Positions 32,401-41,379 of a stretch of 64,000 bases of DNA are shown here, piece by piece. The notes under the pieces are model-generated. The model did no database searches, was not told the DNA's origin, and worked only from the letters and a program-made list of their open reading frames with translations. The stretch covers positions 1 to 64,000 of IMG/VR virus record IMGVR_UViG_3300006802_000086. The stretch is one strand, 5' to 3'. Origin of the DNA: a virus. A program made the translations under genes and the position numbers. Positions within the stretch are counted from its first letter, which is position 1. Every line of letters begins with the position of its first letter.

Positions 32401-33404
32401 TAACATCTTTGACAAATGCAAATGCAATATCAATTGTTCAAAGAGGCAGTGGTTTAACTTCGGACAGGACAGAAAATGACGGTTTTGCTCCACTACAATC
32501 GTTAAATACAAATTCAGATTCTCAAAATGAAGTAACTCACATAACTGCATCAATACAGTTTAGTCAATCAACTTCTTTAAGCGGAGCTTTTACTTCTGAC
32601 ACCGGTTCACAACTTTTAAATTGTGGTGGATCATTAACTTTTAAGCATCCGCTTAAAAATGATCTTACAACGTCTACACAGACTGCAACTAATCTTTTGG
32701 TATACTCAGCAAGTGACAACTCTACTCACAACAACGAGTATTTTAATGGAGAGCAGTATAGAATACAAAGTGGTAGTTACACAACACAAGGCAGTATTAC
32801 CAACGTTAGTAACGAATGGGATTCAACAACATCAATTAATGACGCAGCAGAAACAGGATTTGTTAAAGGGTTGATGGTTTACGATGGTATATTAATATCG
32901 CCTATAAAGGGCGGTAATTCTGGCGACTTTACCAATCACGTTGAAGGCGGGGTTTTTGAAGGCCCAGACAATAATGTCGATTATAGTAGCTTGACAGAAA
33001 CTAATAGAGAATATTTTAGATACTTTGAAAATACATCTAATAATGATCTTGCAAGATTTGGTATAACATTATATGGAGATGCAACTATTGTTTCCGGGTC
33101 TCATACAAAAGGTGCAGATAAAAATTGTACAATTGAATTAAAGTGCCCGGGAAAAAATCAATTTGTTGACTTAGCTAAACCCTTTTCAGTAGGGGCTGGT
33201 TCTTCTAATGAAGGTGACGGTTGTTTGTCAGGAACACTTGATGCAGCAATCGATGGAAGCGGTGCAGCAAATGAAGTTAACTTTGGTATTTATAATGTAC
33301 AAGGTCAATCATCAGGAGCTGAGTCTATTGTTTTAAGGGTTACTAGTCACAAAGATTGGACGGGTTATATTAGTCAGATTAATATCAGATGGAGTGTTCC
33401 CTAA
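29496..33404 (+). CDS. Large beta-rich virion structural protein built from an internal duplication (1302 aa)
   Basis: Gly/Ser/Thr/Asn-rich; two copies of a unit running from PDLDDID to WTGYISQI. Confidence 0.7.
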   Translation: MTAIRVNESSGSIGSLQIADGYGGFLSGSIIAGSNVTVQDDGSGNFTIASTGGGGSITVNSGSVNVSTVSTIAASDGFIVNDEGSGRAALTASIGVSEDGTYTDGLFKDFTPQTRLGVAIDRFNEILSLLAPAPAPDLDDIDVDVDGTDVELSFGASNDLEGEVTPYFSVGTAAGFSALDVNDTYSTAVSGNNLRASVFTGTTPIVGDLNEDVIQDPSGTGNNYPNKSFGNADQGTLKLEINGSVIHTVDLTSFTGTGNPGSGTGITNSSGSCFTNFSIAGPGTLDNGTEFPNFKHRTGKFKVITSDQRQGWNYARVLHEYGTTNLTTNYVEWVNDSNADALTATGNEIDFTGTGTVHLSGVEYFTGGSVEYRVRGNNVYRNVYDTNNITFTTSNAGSLSSGVSFSISGQSKPTIDTVSGEDHTKVLHLTGSGNVTANYMINGSVTAGVNITHPLKSNLSNAGQTTASGILAYNLSNNSTNLVETFRRENFRIVSGSYNNQASLTDSGNVWDSTVHMTASNGAHTNGLQFYNQRLYSPTNTLNSGDFRDTDDGGSLDNAPRENPDYSGESGQRTFYRWFRNETGTTQYDFTINIQGSGTTIVPAATGLDSGKIRVFVKFPNNGSRETGWLDLANEFVLDNYNDNDGAHTANGSLSFDNTLNALNYVTLGTVGVLDDEYIGLRIEADSSWTGYISQITVSFGAGTGTITPIPDLDDIDCSNSGTTALLSFGATKSITGYENVGTTAGFSAVGLNGLYNQTSSGNNLRRAVFDKTTTIEGVLNQDVSFVSPDYVANSFSDANSGSLVLEVNGSDLHSVDLTGAYNNVGSGEPGINDGTGGTSFTGNSGFWDLSVWRPAEYDNDVPYYLEIQRTGKYRVHTDDQRDGWNYAKVKHIGSWGTRTTNYVEWVNDSESQNNNITDAGTGITQFGDDDIFHLSGVKYFVNPTGSIETRISNIYKNVYSNASDAISLTSLTNANAISIVQRGSGLTSDRTENDGFAPLQSLNTNSDSQNEVTHITASIQFSQSTSLSGAFTSDTGSQLLNCGGSLTFKHPLKNDLTTSTQTATNLLVYSASDNSTHNNEYFNGEQYRIQSGSYTTQGSITNVSNEWDSTTSINDAAETGFVKGLMVYDGILISPIKGGNSGDFTNHVEGGVFEGPDNNVDYSSLTETNREYFRYFENTSNNDLARFGITLYGDATIVSGSHTKGADKNCTIELKCPGKNQFVDLAKPFSVGAGSSNEGDGCLSGTLDAAIDGSGAANEVNFGIYNVQGQSSGAESIVLRVTSHKDWTGYISQINIRWSVP
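29901..33395 (+). repeat. Two diverged protein-level tandem repeats, period about 1.7 kb
   Basis: Shared blocks PDLDDID, GT.AGFSA, SGNNLR, LE.NGS, DQR.GWNYA, TTNYVEWVND, HLSGV.YF, HPLK, RI.SGSY, WTGYISQI. Confidence 0.85.
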
Positions 33405-34768
33405 TGGCATTAAAGACTAACGAAACAGCAACACTTTTTTCTCAAAAGAAATTACTGGGTAAAGCACACACATCTAACTTAAACTTAGATGTAAACGAGT
33501 CTATTGGGTCAACAATACAATCCTCAGCTGGTTTATTGTTTGGTGAAGCTATTCCAACAAATCCAAGTTTAACCTTAAATACAGTTCAAAGTAATACTGT
33601 TGAATATGTAGAATTTGTCTTAGAAACGATTGCAGGTTCAACTTACGATGCAAATGATCAAGGAGGTGGCGCAGGTAGTGACAGTGGTGAGTCTTCACAA
33701 GTGTCAGGTCCGCACGCTTATGCTTTTAAATTTAAATCAGATTACGAAACTGATACTGATAATTCAAGAGCTAATGATGGAAACTTTGACAATGATAAAA
33801 TTGTACATGAAACGTTAGGGAAAGTTCAGCTAATACCACCCTTTTATTCAAGAGAGTTAGTTAATCCGTATATCATTAAAATTTATAAAGACGATGGCGC
33901 AGGTGGTATTGGGGACGAAATACCCCTATTAGATGATATTGACTGGCAAGTTGATACATACAACGGTGTACTTTTCGTTCAAGATTATAATGCTTCAAAA
34001 ATACCTGCTTTTGCTCGAGCATTTATTTATGTTGGTAAGATGCTTGACGAAGTTGTCTCTGATGCTGCAGCTTCAGGAGGTTCAGGTGGATCCGGCGGAG
34101 GTAGCAGAGAAAAAAGAGATTACGAAATATCATCAACAATCAGCTCTGGTTCAGCATTTACAGCAACAGATTCGAGCTTTACTGATTCCGAAAACGACAT
34201 AACGCTAATTGATGTTTTTTATAACGGTCAATTAATGCTGTCAGGAACTAACTCTGAAGTAGGTGCTTTAGACGCAGACTATTTCACACTATCAACAAAC
34301 CAGATAAAGTTTGGATTTGACCTATTGCCAGACGATACAGTTAGCGTGATAACATATTCATCAGGTAGCGCATCGTCGGGAGGAGACGCAGACACAGGAG
34401 CTGAATATCTAGTTTTAAGTGCAACCGGTTCTTTAAGTAATGAAAGAGTTCTGACAGCTGGAACCGGTTTACAGTCAACAGATGCTGGAGCCGGCGGCGC
34501 CTTTACAATAAAAGTTGAAAAAGAAATGGTGTTTAACGAAAAACTAGGCGGCACAGTTGACGGAACTAATACACTATTTACACTCGCTAATACACCTTTT
34601 GCAACTAATGAGATAAGTATATTTGTGAATGGTCAACTCCAGACGCCACCTGATTTAACAACTTGGCAAGACTATTCAGTAACCGGTTCTAACGTCTATT
34701 TTACAACCGGATCAACTCCAGAAATAGGATCTCTAATTTTAGCAATGTATAATAAGGTGGTGTCATGA
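33404..34768 (+). CDS. Virion structural / fibre-associated protein
   Basis: ATG overlaps the upstream stop; two (V/I)F.NGQL...DY modules; Gly-rich linkers. Confidence 0.6.
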   Translation: MALKTNETATLFSQKKLLGKAHTSNLNLDVNESIGSTIQSSAGLLFGEAIPTNPSLTLNTVQSNTVEYVEFVLETIAGSTYDANDQGGGAGSDSGESSQVSGPHAYAFKFKSDYETDTDNSRANDGNFDNDKIVHETLGKVQLIPPFYSRELVNPYIIKIYKDDGAGGIGDEIPLLDDIDWQVDTYNGVLFVQDYNASKIPAFARAFIYVGKMLDEVVSDAAASGGSGGSGGGSREKRDYEISSTISSGSAFTATDSSFTDSENDITLIDVFYNGQLMLSGTNSEVGALDADYFTLSTNQIKFGFDLLPDDTVSVITYSSGSASSGGDADTGAEYLVLSATGSLSNERVLTAGTGLQSTDAGAGGAFTIKVEKEMVFNEKLGGTVDGTNTLFTLANTPFATNEISIFVNGQLQTPPDLTTWQDYSVTGSNVYFTTGSTPEIGSLILAMYNKVVS

Positions 34769-34989
34769 ATAATAATTATATAACTAGTGATATTGCTATT
34801 GCTTCGTATCTTATGATGAAAGGGATGCAATTAGTTGATGCCAGAAAAGAAAGAAATGGAAGATTTCGTTTTGAATTTGCAGACCCACAAGGTTTAGCTC
34901 AAAAATATGTCGTAGAATATGTTAATTCAGAATCTGCAAAATTTGACGCACATATGAAAAATCTCAAAAATATTATTTTTAAAAATTGA
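34765..34989 (+). CDS. Small DUF5659-like protein
   Basis: YITSDIAIASYLMMKG...RFRFEF pattern. Confidence 0.55.
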   Translation: MNNNYITSDIAIASYLMMKGMQLVDARKERNGRFRFEFADPQGLAQKYVVEYVNSESAKFDAHMKNLKNIIFKN

Positions 34990-35103
34990 TAACTTAAGAT
35001 AATTTCTCGCATATATATTAATAGATTTAAAAAATCAAAATTAGAAGTTGAGTTTGGGTTATAAGAAATAGAAGTATATTAACAATAACACAAGGAGATA
35101 TAT

Positions 35104-36981
35104 ATGGCTTCAAAAACACAATTAAGACTGGGTCAAATTACTGGCTCATTTGACAATGTTGAAGGCGGCATTGTAGATAACAGGGCAGCTCAAGCAGGTG
35201 CAGCAAATATTAATGCATTGACATTAAGTTCAGGCTCTCTAGTAGGCGTTTTTTCAGAACTTGCTTCTGCTGTTAAAAGAGTTCACGGTGGTGATACTTT
35301 TGCCGGTGCTCTTGCTGGTGAGTTTTTGCAAGGAATTACAGTAGCAGATGCAGGTGGTTTAACAATTGGTGCCGGTGGAAATGAATTCAGTATTACTGAG
35401 TCTAGTGATGACGTTACTCTTAAAACTTTAATATCTGACAAGGATATGATTTTTAATGTGAACGACGACGGAACTGACACAGAGGTATTTAGGTTAGACG
35501 GAGACGTATCAGCGCTTAAGATGGCGTCTGGAAAGCAAATCCAATTCGGTGACGCTGGAGAAAACATTAGTGGTGATGGTACTGATCTTGCAGTTAATTC
35601 GAGCAATAACATCGATATTGTTGCGGCTAATCTTTTGACAATTGATGCACAAGGTACTGATTCTGGAGACGGTGTAAAAATTACATTAGGGTCAGATACA
35701 GCTGATACAGTATTTAAAGTGGTTAACAACAGTGATTCAGACGCTTTTACTATTAATGGTGCAAAGAATGCTACTGTCGGCGGTAATTTAACAGTTACGG
35801 GTGATTTAACTGTAAATGGTACAACCACAACTATTAATACTGACAGCTTGGTTGTTGAAGATGCAGTTATTGCTTTAGCATCAGGATCAGCAGCAACTGC
35901 AGACGTTAACTCAGCTTTGGTTTTCCAAAGAGCAACTGCAGATTTAGGTGGCAACACTGATATGCAAAACGGTGCATTGATGTTCTTGCAAGGAACAGGG
36001 TTTAAATTAGGCTATACAAATGACAACGCTGAAACTGCACAAGGTTCCCTTGCAATTGCTAATGATGATTTAGCATCAGTTTGGGTTGACAGGTTAAATA
36101 TTGCCGGAGACACTCACTATTTTAATGTAGCTGGTAGTACACTTTCAGCAATCGCCAATTCAGAATTTGAAGTTCAATCAGGCGGTGATATCGTTCTTGA
36201 TGCAGACAGTGCAAAAGTTATTTTGAAAGATGCTGGAACTGAAATAGGTAGGTTAACGCATGACTCAGGAAACGCTACGTTTATTCTTTCATCGTCGGGT
36301 ACCGACAGCATTTCTTTAGAATCTAGATCAGGTGAGGTATTCTTTAACGACCAAGATTTAACTGTAACAGCCGGTCTTAACGTTCAAACTGCTAATCAAA
36401 TTAAATTCGGTCACGTGTCAGGCGGTTCGCATACCGTAGGCTTCTTAAATCTTAAAGATAATGCAGTCTCAATACTTTCCGCTTCAAGTGGTTTACAAAT
36501 TGATGCAGGTGCAGATGCAGCGAATTTACAGTTGAAATCAGACAATGCTAACACATTTGCTTTTAAGGCGCCTGGTGCATTAGGCGGTAGCTATACAGTT
36601 CAAATGCCTGGAAATGGTAATATCGCAATAGGTAAAGTTCTTAAAGTAAACAATAACATAGGCGGTGGAGAATGGGGATTAGACTGGGCATCTGAGACAG
36701 CTGCATCTTATGAGAAAGCTGCAAAAATTATCACTGGTGGGACTGTAAATGCTGGGACAGGTGTCGACATGTCATCAGTTAATCATGGGACTGCTCCTGC
36801 TTCATTACAAGTTGCTTATGCTAATGCTGACGTTTTTGTTAACGGTCAGTTATTGCTTTCAGGAACTGAAGCTAATAGATCTGGTGGTAATGTAGACTAT
36901 ACTGTATCTGGTGGACAAGAATTGACATTCGCTTTTAATCTTGAAGATGACGATATCATATCAGTGTTTGTAAGAGGCTAA
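35104..36981 (+). CDS. Tail fibre / virion fibre protein
   Basis: GNLTVTGDLTVNGTTTTINT..L.VED motif; C-terminal VFVNGQLLLSG...DY module shared with 33404; SD AAGGAG. Confidence 0.7.
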   Translation: MASKTQLRLGQITGSFDNVEGGIVDNRAAQAGAANINALTLSSGSLVGVFSELASAVKRVHGGDTFAGALAGEFLQGITVADAGGLTIGAGGNEFSITESSDDVTLKTLISDKDMIFNVNDDGTDTEVFRLDGDVSALKMASGKQIQFGDAGENISGDGTDLAVNSSNNIDIVAANLLTIDAQGTDSGDGVKITLGSDTADTVFKVVNNSDSDAFTINGAKNATVGGNLTVTGDLTVNGTTTTINTDSLVVEDAVIALASGSAATADVNSALVFQRATADLGGNTDMQNGALMFLQGTGFKLGYTNDNAETAQGSLAIANDDLASVWVDRLNIAGDTHYFNVAGSTLSAIANSEFEVQSGGDIVLDADSAKVILKDAGTEIGRLTHDSGNATFILSSSGTDSISLESRSGEVFFNDQDLTVTAGLNVQTANQIKFGHVSGGSHTVGFLNLKDNAVSILSASSGLQIDAGADAANLQLKSDNANTFAFKAPGALGGSYTVQMPGNGNIAIGKVLKVNNNIGGGEWGLDWASETAASYEKAAKIITGGTVNAGTGVDMSSVNHGTAPASLQVAYANADVFVNGQLLLSGTEANRSGGNVDYTVSGGQELTFAFNLEDDDIISVFVRG

Positions 36982-37003
36982 TTTTTTAGTTATTCTTAAT
37001 ACG

Positions 37004-37037
37004 AAGAAGGGGTATTTACTATCCCTTCTTTTTTTTT
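37004..37037 (+). terminator. Rho-independent terminator
   Basis: AAGAAGGG...CCCTTCTT followed by a T run. Confidence 0.75.
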
Positions 37038-37065
37038 ATAATAATTAGAGTTAAAGGAGACAACA

Positions 37066-37407
37066 ATGAAAAAAGAAATTTTTAAAGATTTAATCAAACC
37101 GAAGCTGGTAGATCAAACAATTTATCAGCTATCACAAGTCAAAGGATTTGTCGACGTGTCTTTACGTGAGGTTGCTACTAAAAATTTTGAAAGTGATGAA
37201 GCAAAAATTAAATATTTACTTGATACACTTTATAGCGTTCGTGATTTTGTCATGGCTCAAACAACAGACAACTCCATGCGTCAAACACTTATCAAACAAT
37301 TTGAATTAATTGAAAAAGAAGTAGAAACGGGAAACGATTTAAAAGAGCAAAAAGAAAGTCGATCAAAGACGCTAGACGAACTATTGGCGTCAGACCCGTC
37401 AAATTAA
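37066..37407 (+). CDS. Hypothetical protein
   Basis: ORF with SD AAAGGAG. Confidence 0.6.
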   Translation: MKKEIFKDLIKPKLVDQTIYQLSQVKGFVDVSLREVATKNFESDEAKIKYLLDTLYSVRDFVMAQTTDNSMRQTLIKQFELIEKEVETGNDLKEQKESRSKTLDELLASDPSN

Positions 37408-37423
37408 GAGACAGGAGAAATAA

Positions 37424-37843
37424 TTGAAAGTTTTGCAAACTGCTAATTTAGGAAAAGGATATGCTGATAGAACATCTGATATTAGGTATTCTATTTATGA
37501 TACATTAGGTTCGGAGACAACATCTGCAACTAACTCGGGTATTTATCAGTTGGGAACGAGCACCGGATTGTATGGTGTAGAGTTAAATCTCAATAATCGC
37601 TTTAGTGGGTCAATTGTTTGGTCAGTTGATGGTAATACAAATGTATACGCAACAGAAGAGATAAAAATGGATCAAAAAATGGCACGATTTATTCATACCG
37701 GCAGATGGATTATCGATGAAAATACAAATCAAATGGTATTCTATGAAGATGATAATGTGACAGAGATCGCCAGATATGATCTTAAAGATCGCGACGGTAA
37801 TGCATCAATAACCGAAATATTTGAAAGATCTAGGATTAGTTAG
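37424..37843 (+). CDS. Putative virion protein
   Basis: TTG start with SD AGGAG; C-terminal GRWII..NQMVFYEDDN.TEIARYDL...ER. Confidence 0.5.
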   Translation: MKVLQTANLGKGYADRTSDIRYSIYDTLGSETTSATNSGIYQLGTSTGLYGVELNLNNRFSGSIVWSVDGNTNVYATEEIKMDQKMARFIHTGRWIIDENTNQMVFYEDDNVTEIARYDLKDRDGNASITEIFERSRIS

Positions 37844-38214
37844 TGGCATTAATTCAACGTCCCGGAGGTTTACTAGTAACAAGAGGATTAGGAGGACCGA
37901 CCACGCAGATTATCGCGAGAGGATTCCTACCTATACTGGTAGATGAGATAGTTGAAGTTGCTCGCGGAGCACGTGTATTAGGTAGTAGATCTAAGCAAAA
38001 AATAGAAGATCTGATAGACGAGTTAAAAATCACCGCAGCTTTAATTGCAATTAATGGAAAAGACCTTGTCAAACCGATAATTAATACTATAAACAGAACT
38101 TACGAGGATAAACCTGCACCAAAAATTGAGGTTACTCCTACTAAATTATCCGTAAGACAACCTGATATAAAAGTATCAGTTAAGAAAGTGAGGAATAAAA
38201 ATGTCGACGATTGA
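37843..38214 (+). CDS. Hypothetical protein
   Basis: GTG start coupled to the upstream stop; LVTRGLGG...IIARGF. Confidence 0.5.
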   Translation: MALIQRPGGLLVTRGLGGPTTQIIARGFLPILVDEIVEVARGARVLGSRSKQKIEDLIDELKITAALIAINGKDLVKPIINTINRTYEDKPAPKIEVTPTKLSVRQPDIKVSVKKVRNKNVDD

Positions 38215-38701
38215 TCTAATGATTGATGAGGAAAATGAATTAACATTTCAAGTACACATTGAAGGTACTAGACCGGGATCAGCAAAATGTCGGCTTATGC
38301 TCGAGTCAAAAGATATGGCATTGGCGTTTGAAGGTCAGTCAACAGGAGATGAAGTGACAGTTGTTTTACCTCCATTAGATCACGTAATCAAGGAAGGAAT
38401 GTACGATATGACTTTAGAAGTCGTCGTCGATGATCGATTTTTTGAGCCTCTTAAATTGCAAGGTGCATTTGAAAAGAGGCTCAAGGTGACAGCAGAGGCA
38501 GTCACTGTTCGAACAAAGCCAAAAGTGAAAACATCAGCTTCACTTGTTGAAGTTAAAAAGAGTAACAAACCTGCACAAGTAAGCGTTTCAAATAGCACCA
38601 GTCAAAAACAAAAAAGAAAAAATATTCAAGAAACAAAAACATATACTGATAAAGATATCATGGATTTAATAAAATCGTTATCTAAAAGAGGAAAAAGATG
38701 A
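38201..38701 (+). CDS. Hypothetical protein (Ig-like N-terminus, basic tail)
   Basis: Overlapping ORF in the operon; SD GAGG. Confidence 0.55.
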   Translation: MSTIDLMIDEENELTFQVHIEGTRPGSAKCRLMLESKDMALAFEGQSTGDEVTVVLPPLDHVIKEGMYDMTLEVVVDDRFFEPLKLQGAFEKRLKVTAEAVTVRTKPKVKTSASLVEVKKSNKPAQVSVSNSTSQKQKRKNIQETKTYTDKDIMDLIKSLSKRGKR

Positions 38702-38925
38702 TTTTTATCTTGTTTTATTTAGCAATTGCATTTTCAATTTACTACAGTCTTAAAACACATCTAAGCACGATTGAACTTCTTTATGCAAAATTAGATGTTA
38801 AATCTAGGCAAAGACTAGACAATAGACGCTTCAAAGTAAACAAAAAATTAAAATGGGTTTTGTTATGGCCTGTTCTATTAGCACAAGAAATATATGCAGA
38901 GTATAAAAAGAAAAAACAAGATTAA
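38698..38925 (+). CDS. Small membrane protein
   Basis: Two hydrophobic stretches; ATGA overlap. Confidence 0.5.
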   Translation: MIFILFYLAIAFSIYYSLKTHLSTIELLYAKLDVKSRQRLDNRRFKVNKKLKWVLLWPVLLAQEIYAEYKKKKQD

Positions 38926-39619
38926 ACTATTAGAATATAAGCTAGCTTTTGAAGAGGCTGTACAAGTTAAAAAAGAATACGAAGAAGGCGCTAATGACTT
39001 AAATTATCGCCTTTCTTTTTTTCGAAAAAGACTAGTCAAAACGCAATGCTCAAATCCTGAAGTTTTTGACGCTGCTTTTATGCGGGACAGTAAAGAATAT
39101 AATAAAACAAAAGACATAGAGATACCCAGAGTTAAAAAAGAGACACTTTTACCAAAAAACAATATAAAACCATGGGCTAAAAAATTATATAGAAAAATAG
39201 CTATATCATGTCATCCTGATAAAATCTCTAATATATCATCTAAAGAATTAAAAGAAAAGTTGACTTCTAATTATCTCATTGCGACTAAGTCATATGAAGA
39301 AGCAGAATATAGCGACTTACTTATGATAGCAGCTGACCTAAATATCGAGTTTTCAGAAGAAAAGATTCAAGAACATGTTGTACCTGATTTAATAAAAAAG
39401 ACTAATATTATAAATAGCACTAAGAAAAAAATAGAATGGCAATGGCACCACGTCCCGCATGCGATGAGAAATGATGAGCTTAAAAAAATATTAACAGCTA
39501 TGGGATTTGAGTTTACTGAAGAGCTAGTTGAAGAAGTTAATAAAAGAAAAAAGCCTAGATCTAGAAAAGCCGGGGTAAAACCAACTAACAAAATACAAAG
39601 AAGAAAAAGGCTAAGCTAG
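38894..39619 (+). CDS. J-domain-containing protein
   Basis: KKLYRKIAISCHPDK (HPD motif). Confidence 0.65.
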   Translation: MQSIKRKNKIKLLEYKLAFEEAVQVKKEYEEGANDLNYRLSFFRKRLVKTQCSNPEVFDAAFMRDSKEYNKTKDIEIPRVKKETLLPKNNIKPWAKKLYRKIAISCHPDKISNISSKELKEKLTSNYLIATKSYEEAEYSDLLMIAADLNIEFSEEKIQEHVVPDLIKKTNIINSTKKKIEWQWHHVPHAMRNDELKKILTAMGFEFTEELVEEVNKRKKPRSRKAGVKPTNKIQRRKRLS

Positions 39620-39691
39620 GATTGTAAATCCCCGACAATACTCTTTAAATTTAATAGTTAACAAATTTAAATTTAAAAGAAGGAGTATTTT

Positions 39692-40507
39692 ATGCCTGAA
39701 GGACCAGAAGTAAAAATAACAACAGATTTTTTAAACATGCTTGTAGGAAAATCATTCCACAGTTTTGCAATCTTGTCAGGAAGATATACAAAAACAGACG
39801 GGATTCCAAACACAGAGATTGCAGGTTTACCGGCAAAGATATCATCGGTCAACTGTAAAGGAAAGTTTATATACTTTACGCTCACTGATGAAATACTTAA
39901 CAAAAAATACTATCTTTTTAATACACTGGGTATGACTGGGATGTGGTCAGAAAAAGAATCAAAACATTCGAGATTTGTAATTTATTTTGATGATGATACT
40001 CGACTATTTTACAATGATATTAGAAATTTTGGTACACTTAAATTTGTCCACACTAAAAAAGAACTAGACAAAAAACTTGACTCACTAGGTCCTGATATTT
40101 TAAAGACTGATATCGACTGGCTGGGATATAGAAATCGTTTTCTTAAGAAACCTAATAAAACAATTGCAGAGTGTCTTATGAATCAATCTGTGATCTCTGG
40201 CGTAGGTAATTATTTAAAAGCAGAGATATTATATGCAACAAAAATATCACCAAAAAGATTAATCAAAGATATTGTAAACGATGAATGGCATAAACTTTAC
40301 TTTGAAACAATCACAATTGCACAAAGATCGTATAAGTTGGGCGGTGCAACTATTGAAAGTTATAGACAACCTAATGGCGAAAAAGGTTTGTACAGTCGAC
40401 GTTTTGCAGTGTATAATCAAAAGTCAGATCCTTTAGGAAATGAAGTAATTAAAGAAACAACAGCAGATAAGCGTACCACACATTGGGTACCATCAATTCA
40501 AAAGTAA
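39692..40507 (+). CDS. Fpg/Nei family DNA glycosylase/AP lyase with zincless finger
   Basis: MPEGPEV, KGKF, LGMTG, DIRNFG, LGPD, LMNQ..ISGVGNYLKAE; C-terminal DPLGN...RTTHWVP with no Cys4 finger. Confidence 0.92.
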   Translation: MPEGPEVKITTDFLNMLVGKSFHSFAILSGRYTKTDGIPNTEIAGLPAKISSVNCKGKFIYFTLTDEILNKKYYLFNTLGMTGMWSEKESKHSRFVIYFDDDTRLFYNDIRNFGTLKFVHTKKELDKKLDSLGPDILKTDIDWLGYRNRFLKKPNKTIAECLMNQSVISGVGNYLKAEILYATKISPKRLIKDIVNDEWHKLYFETITIAQRSYKLGGATIESYRQPNGEKGLYSRRFAVYNQKSDPLGNEVIKETTADKRTTHWVPSIQK

Positions 40508-40516
40508 GGAGAAAAA

Positions 40517-40753
40517 ATGAAAGAAACTGTTACTCTAAATGATAGTGTTATTGCACATTTGGTAAAATTAATCCAAGTAGGTTTTTTAACAGGAACCGAC
40601 ATTGTTGATCATTTTAGAATGATCAAAATGACAATTGAAGACGGTGAACTTTTTCTAGACACAGACTATGAAAAAAATCATGAAGTCAATGTGCAAAAAA
40701 TGCTAGATGAAGCCCAAGAATTAGAAAATAAAGTAGAAGACACAGAGGGGTAA
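40517..40753 (+). CDS. Hypothetical protein
   Basis: SD AAGGAG; in operon. Confidence 0.6.
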   Translation: MKETVTLNDSVIAHLVKLIQVGFLTGTDIVDHFRMIKMTIEDGELFLDTDYEKNHEVNVQKMLDEAQELENKVEDTEG

Positions 40754-40754
40754 A

Positions 40755-41132
40755 ATGAACTGCAAGCTTGAAGAAATGTTTAAGTTAAGGCTATCATTCA
40801 TGAATATGATGAAGGAACACATTCCCGAGTCTTATCCTGAATTTCCAGTTGATATTACTGAAAAGTCATCTCAGCAAGTTTGCAGAGATTTAGCTCTCAA
40901 AGGTGTTGAAGAAATGTTTGAAGCTCTGCAACATCTCAAAAACTGGAAACCACATCGTAAGACTGAAATTAATGACGCCTTAAATAAGGAAGAGTTTTTA
41001 GAAGAAGTCGTAGATGCACTAAATTATTTTTTTGCGATGCTTATTGTCACAGGTTTTGATGACAAAGAGCTGTTTGAAGCCTATTTAAAAAAGGACAAGA
41101 AAATTAGAGAGAGGCTATTAGATGGATACTAA
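40755..41132 (+). CDS. All-alpha NTP pyrophosphatase (dimeric dUTPase/dCTPase/MazG-like)
   Basis: EEMFEA..WKPH..EEVVDALNY..YLKK..R..GY. Confidence 0.75.
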   Translation: MNCKLEEMFKLRLSFMNMMKEHIPESYPEFPVDITEKSSQQVCRDLALKGVEEMFEALQHLKNWKPHRKTEINDALNKEEFLEEVVDALNYFFAMLIVTGFDDKELFEAYLKKDKKIRERLLDGY

Positions 41133-41379
41133 AATTGTTTTTAACGGAAGACAATTTACAAATACTGTAGATCTAACAAAAGAAATAAAACAATTAAAAC
41201 CTGAAGAACTTAAGTTTTCAGGTTCTTTAGTGTACGATTCAGGGTTAAGTATGTTTTTGTTTAATTCTGTAAATTATGAAAAGATTGAGTATTATATGAA
41301 GGAAATTAACAATATTAACAAAACTAGTGAGGTGGAATTTGAATTTCAAACAGATGATGAAAAAGCAGGAAGCTTATAA
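41122..41379 (+). CDS. Hypothetical protein
   Basis: Overlapping ORF in the operon. Confidence 0.45.
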   Translation: MDTKIVFNGRQFTNTVDLTKEIKQLKPEELKFSGSLVYDSGLSMFLFNSVNYEKIEYYMKEINNINKTSEVEFEFQTDDEKAGSL

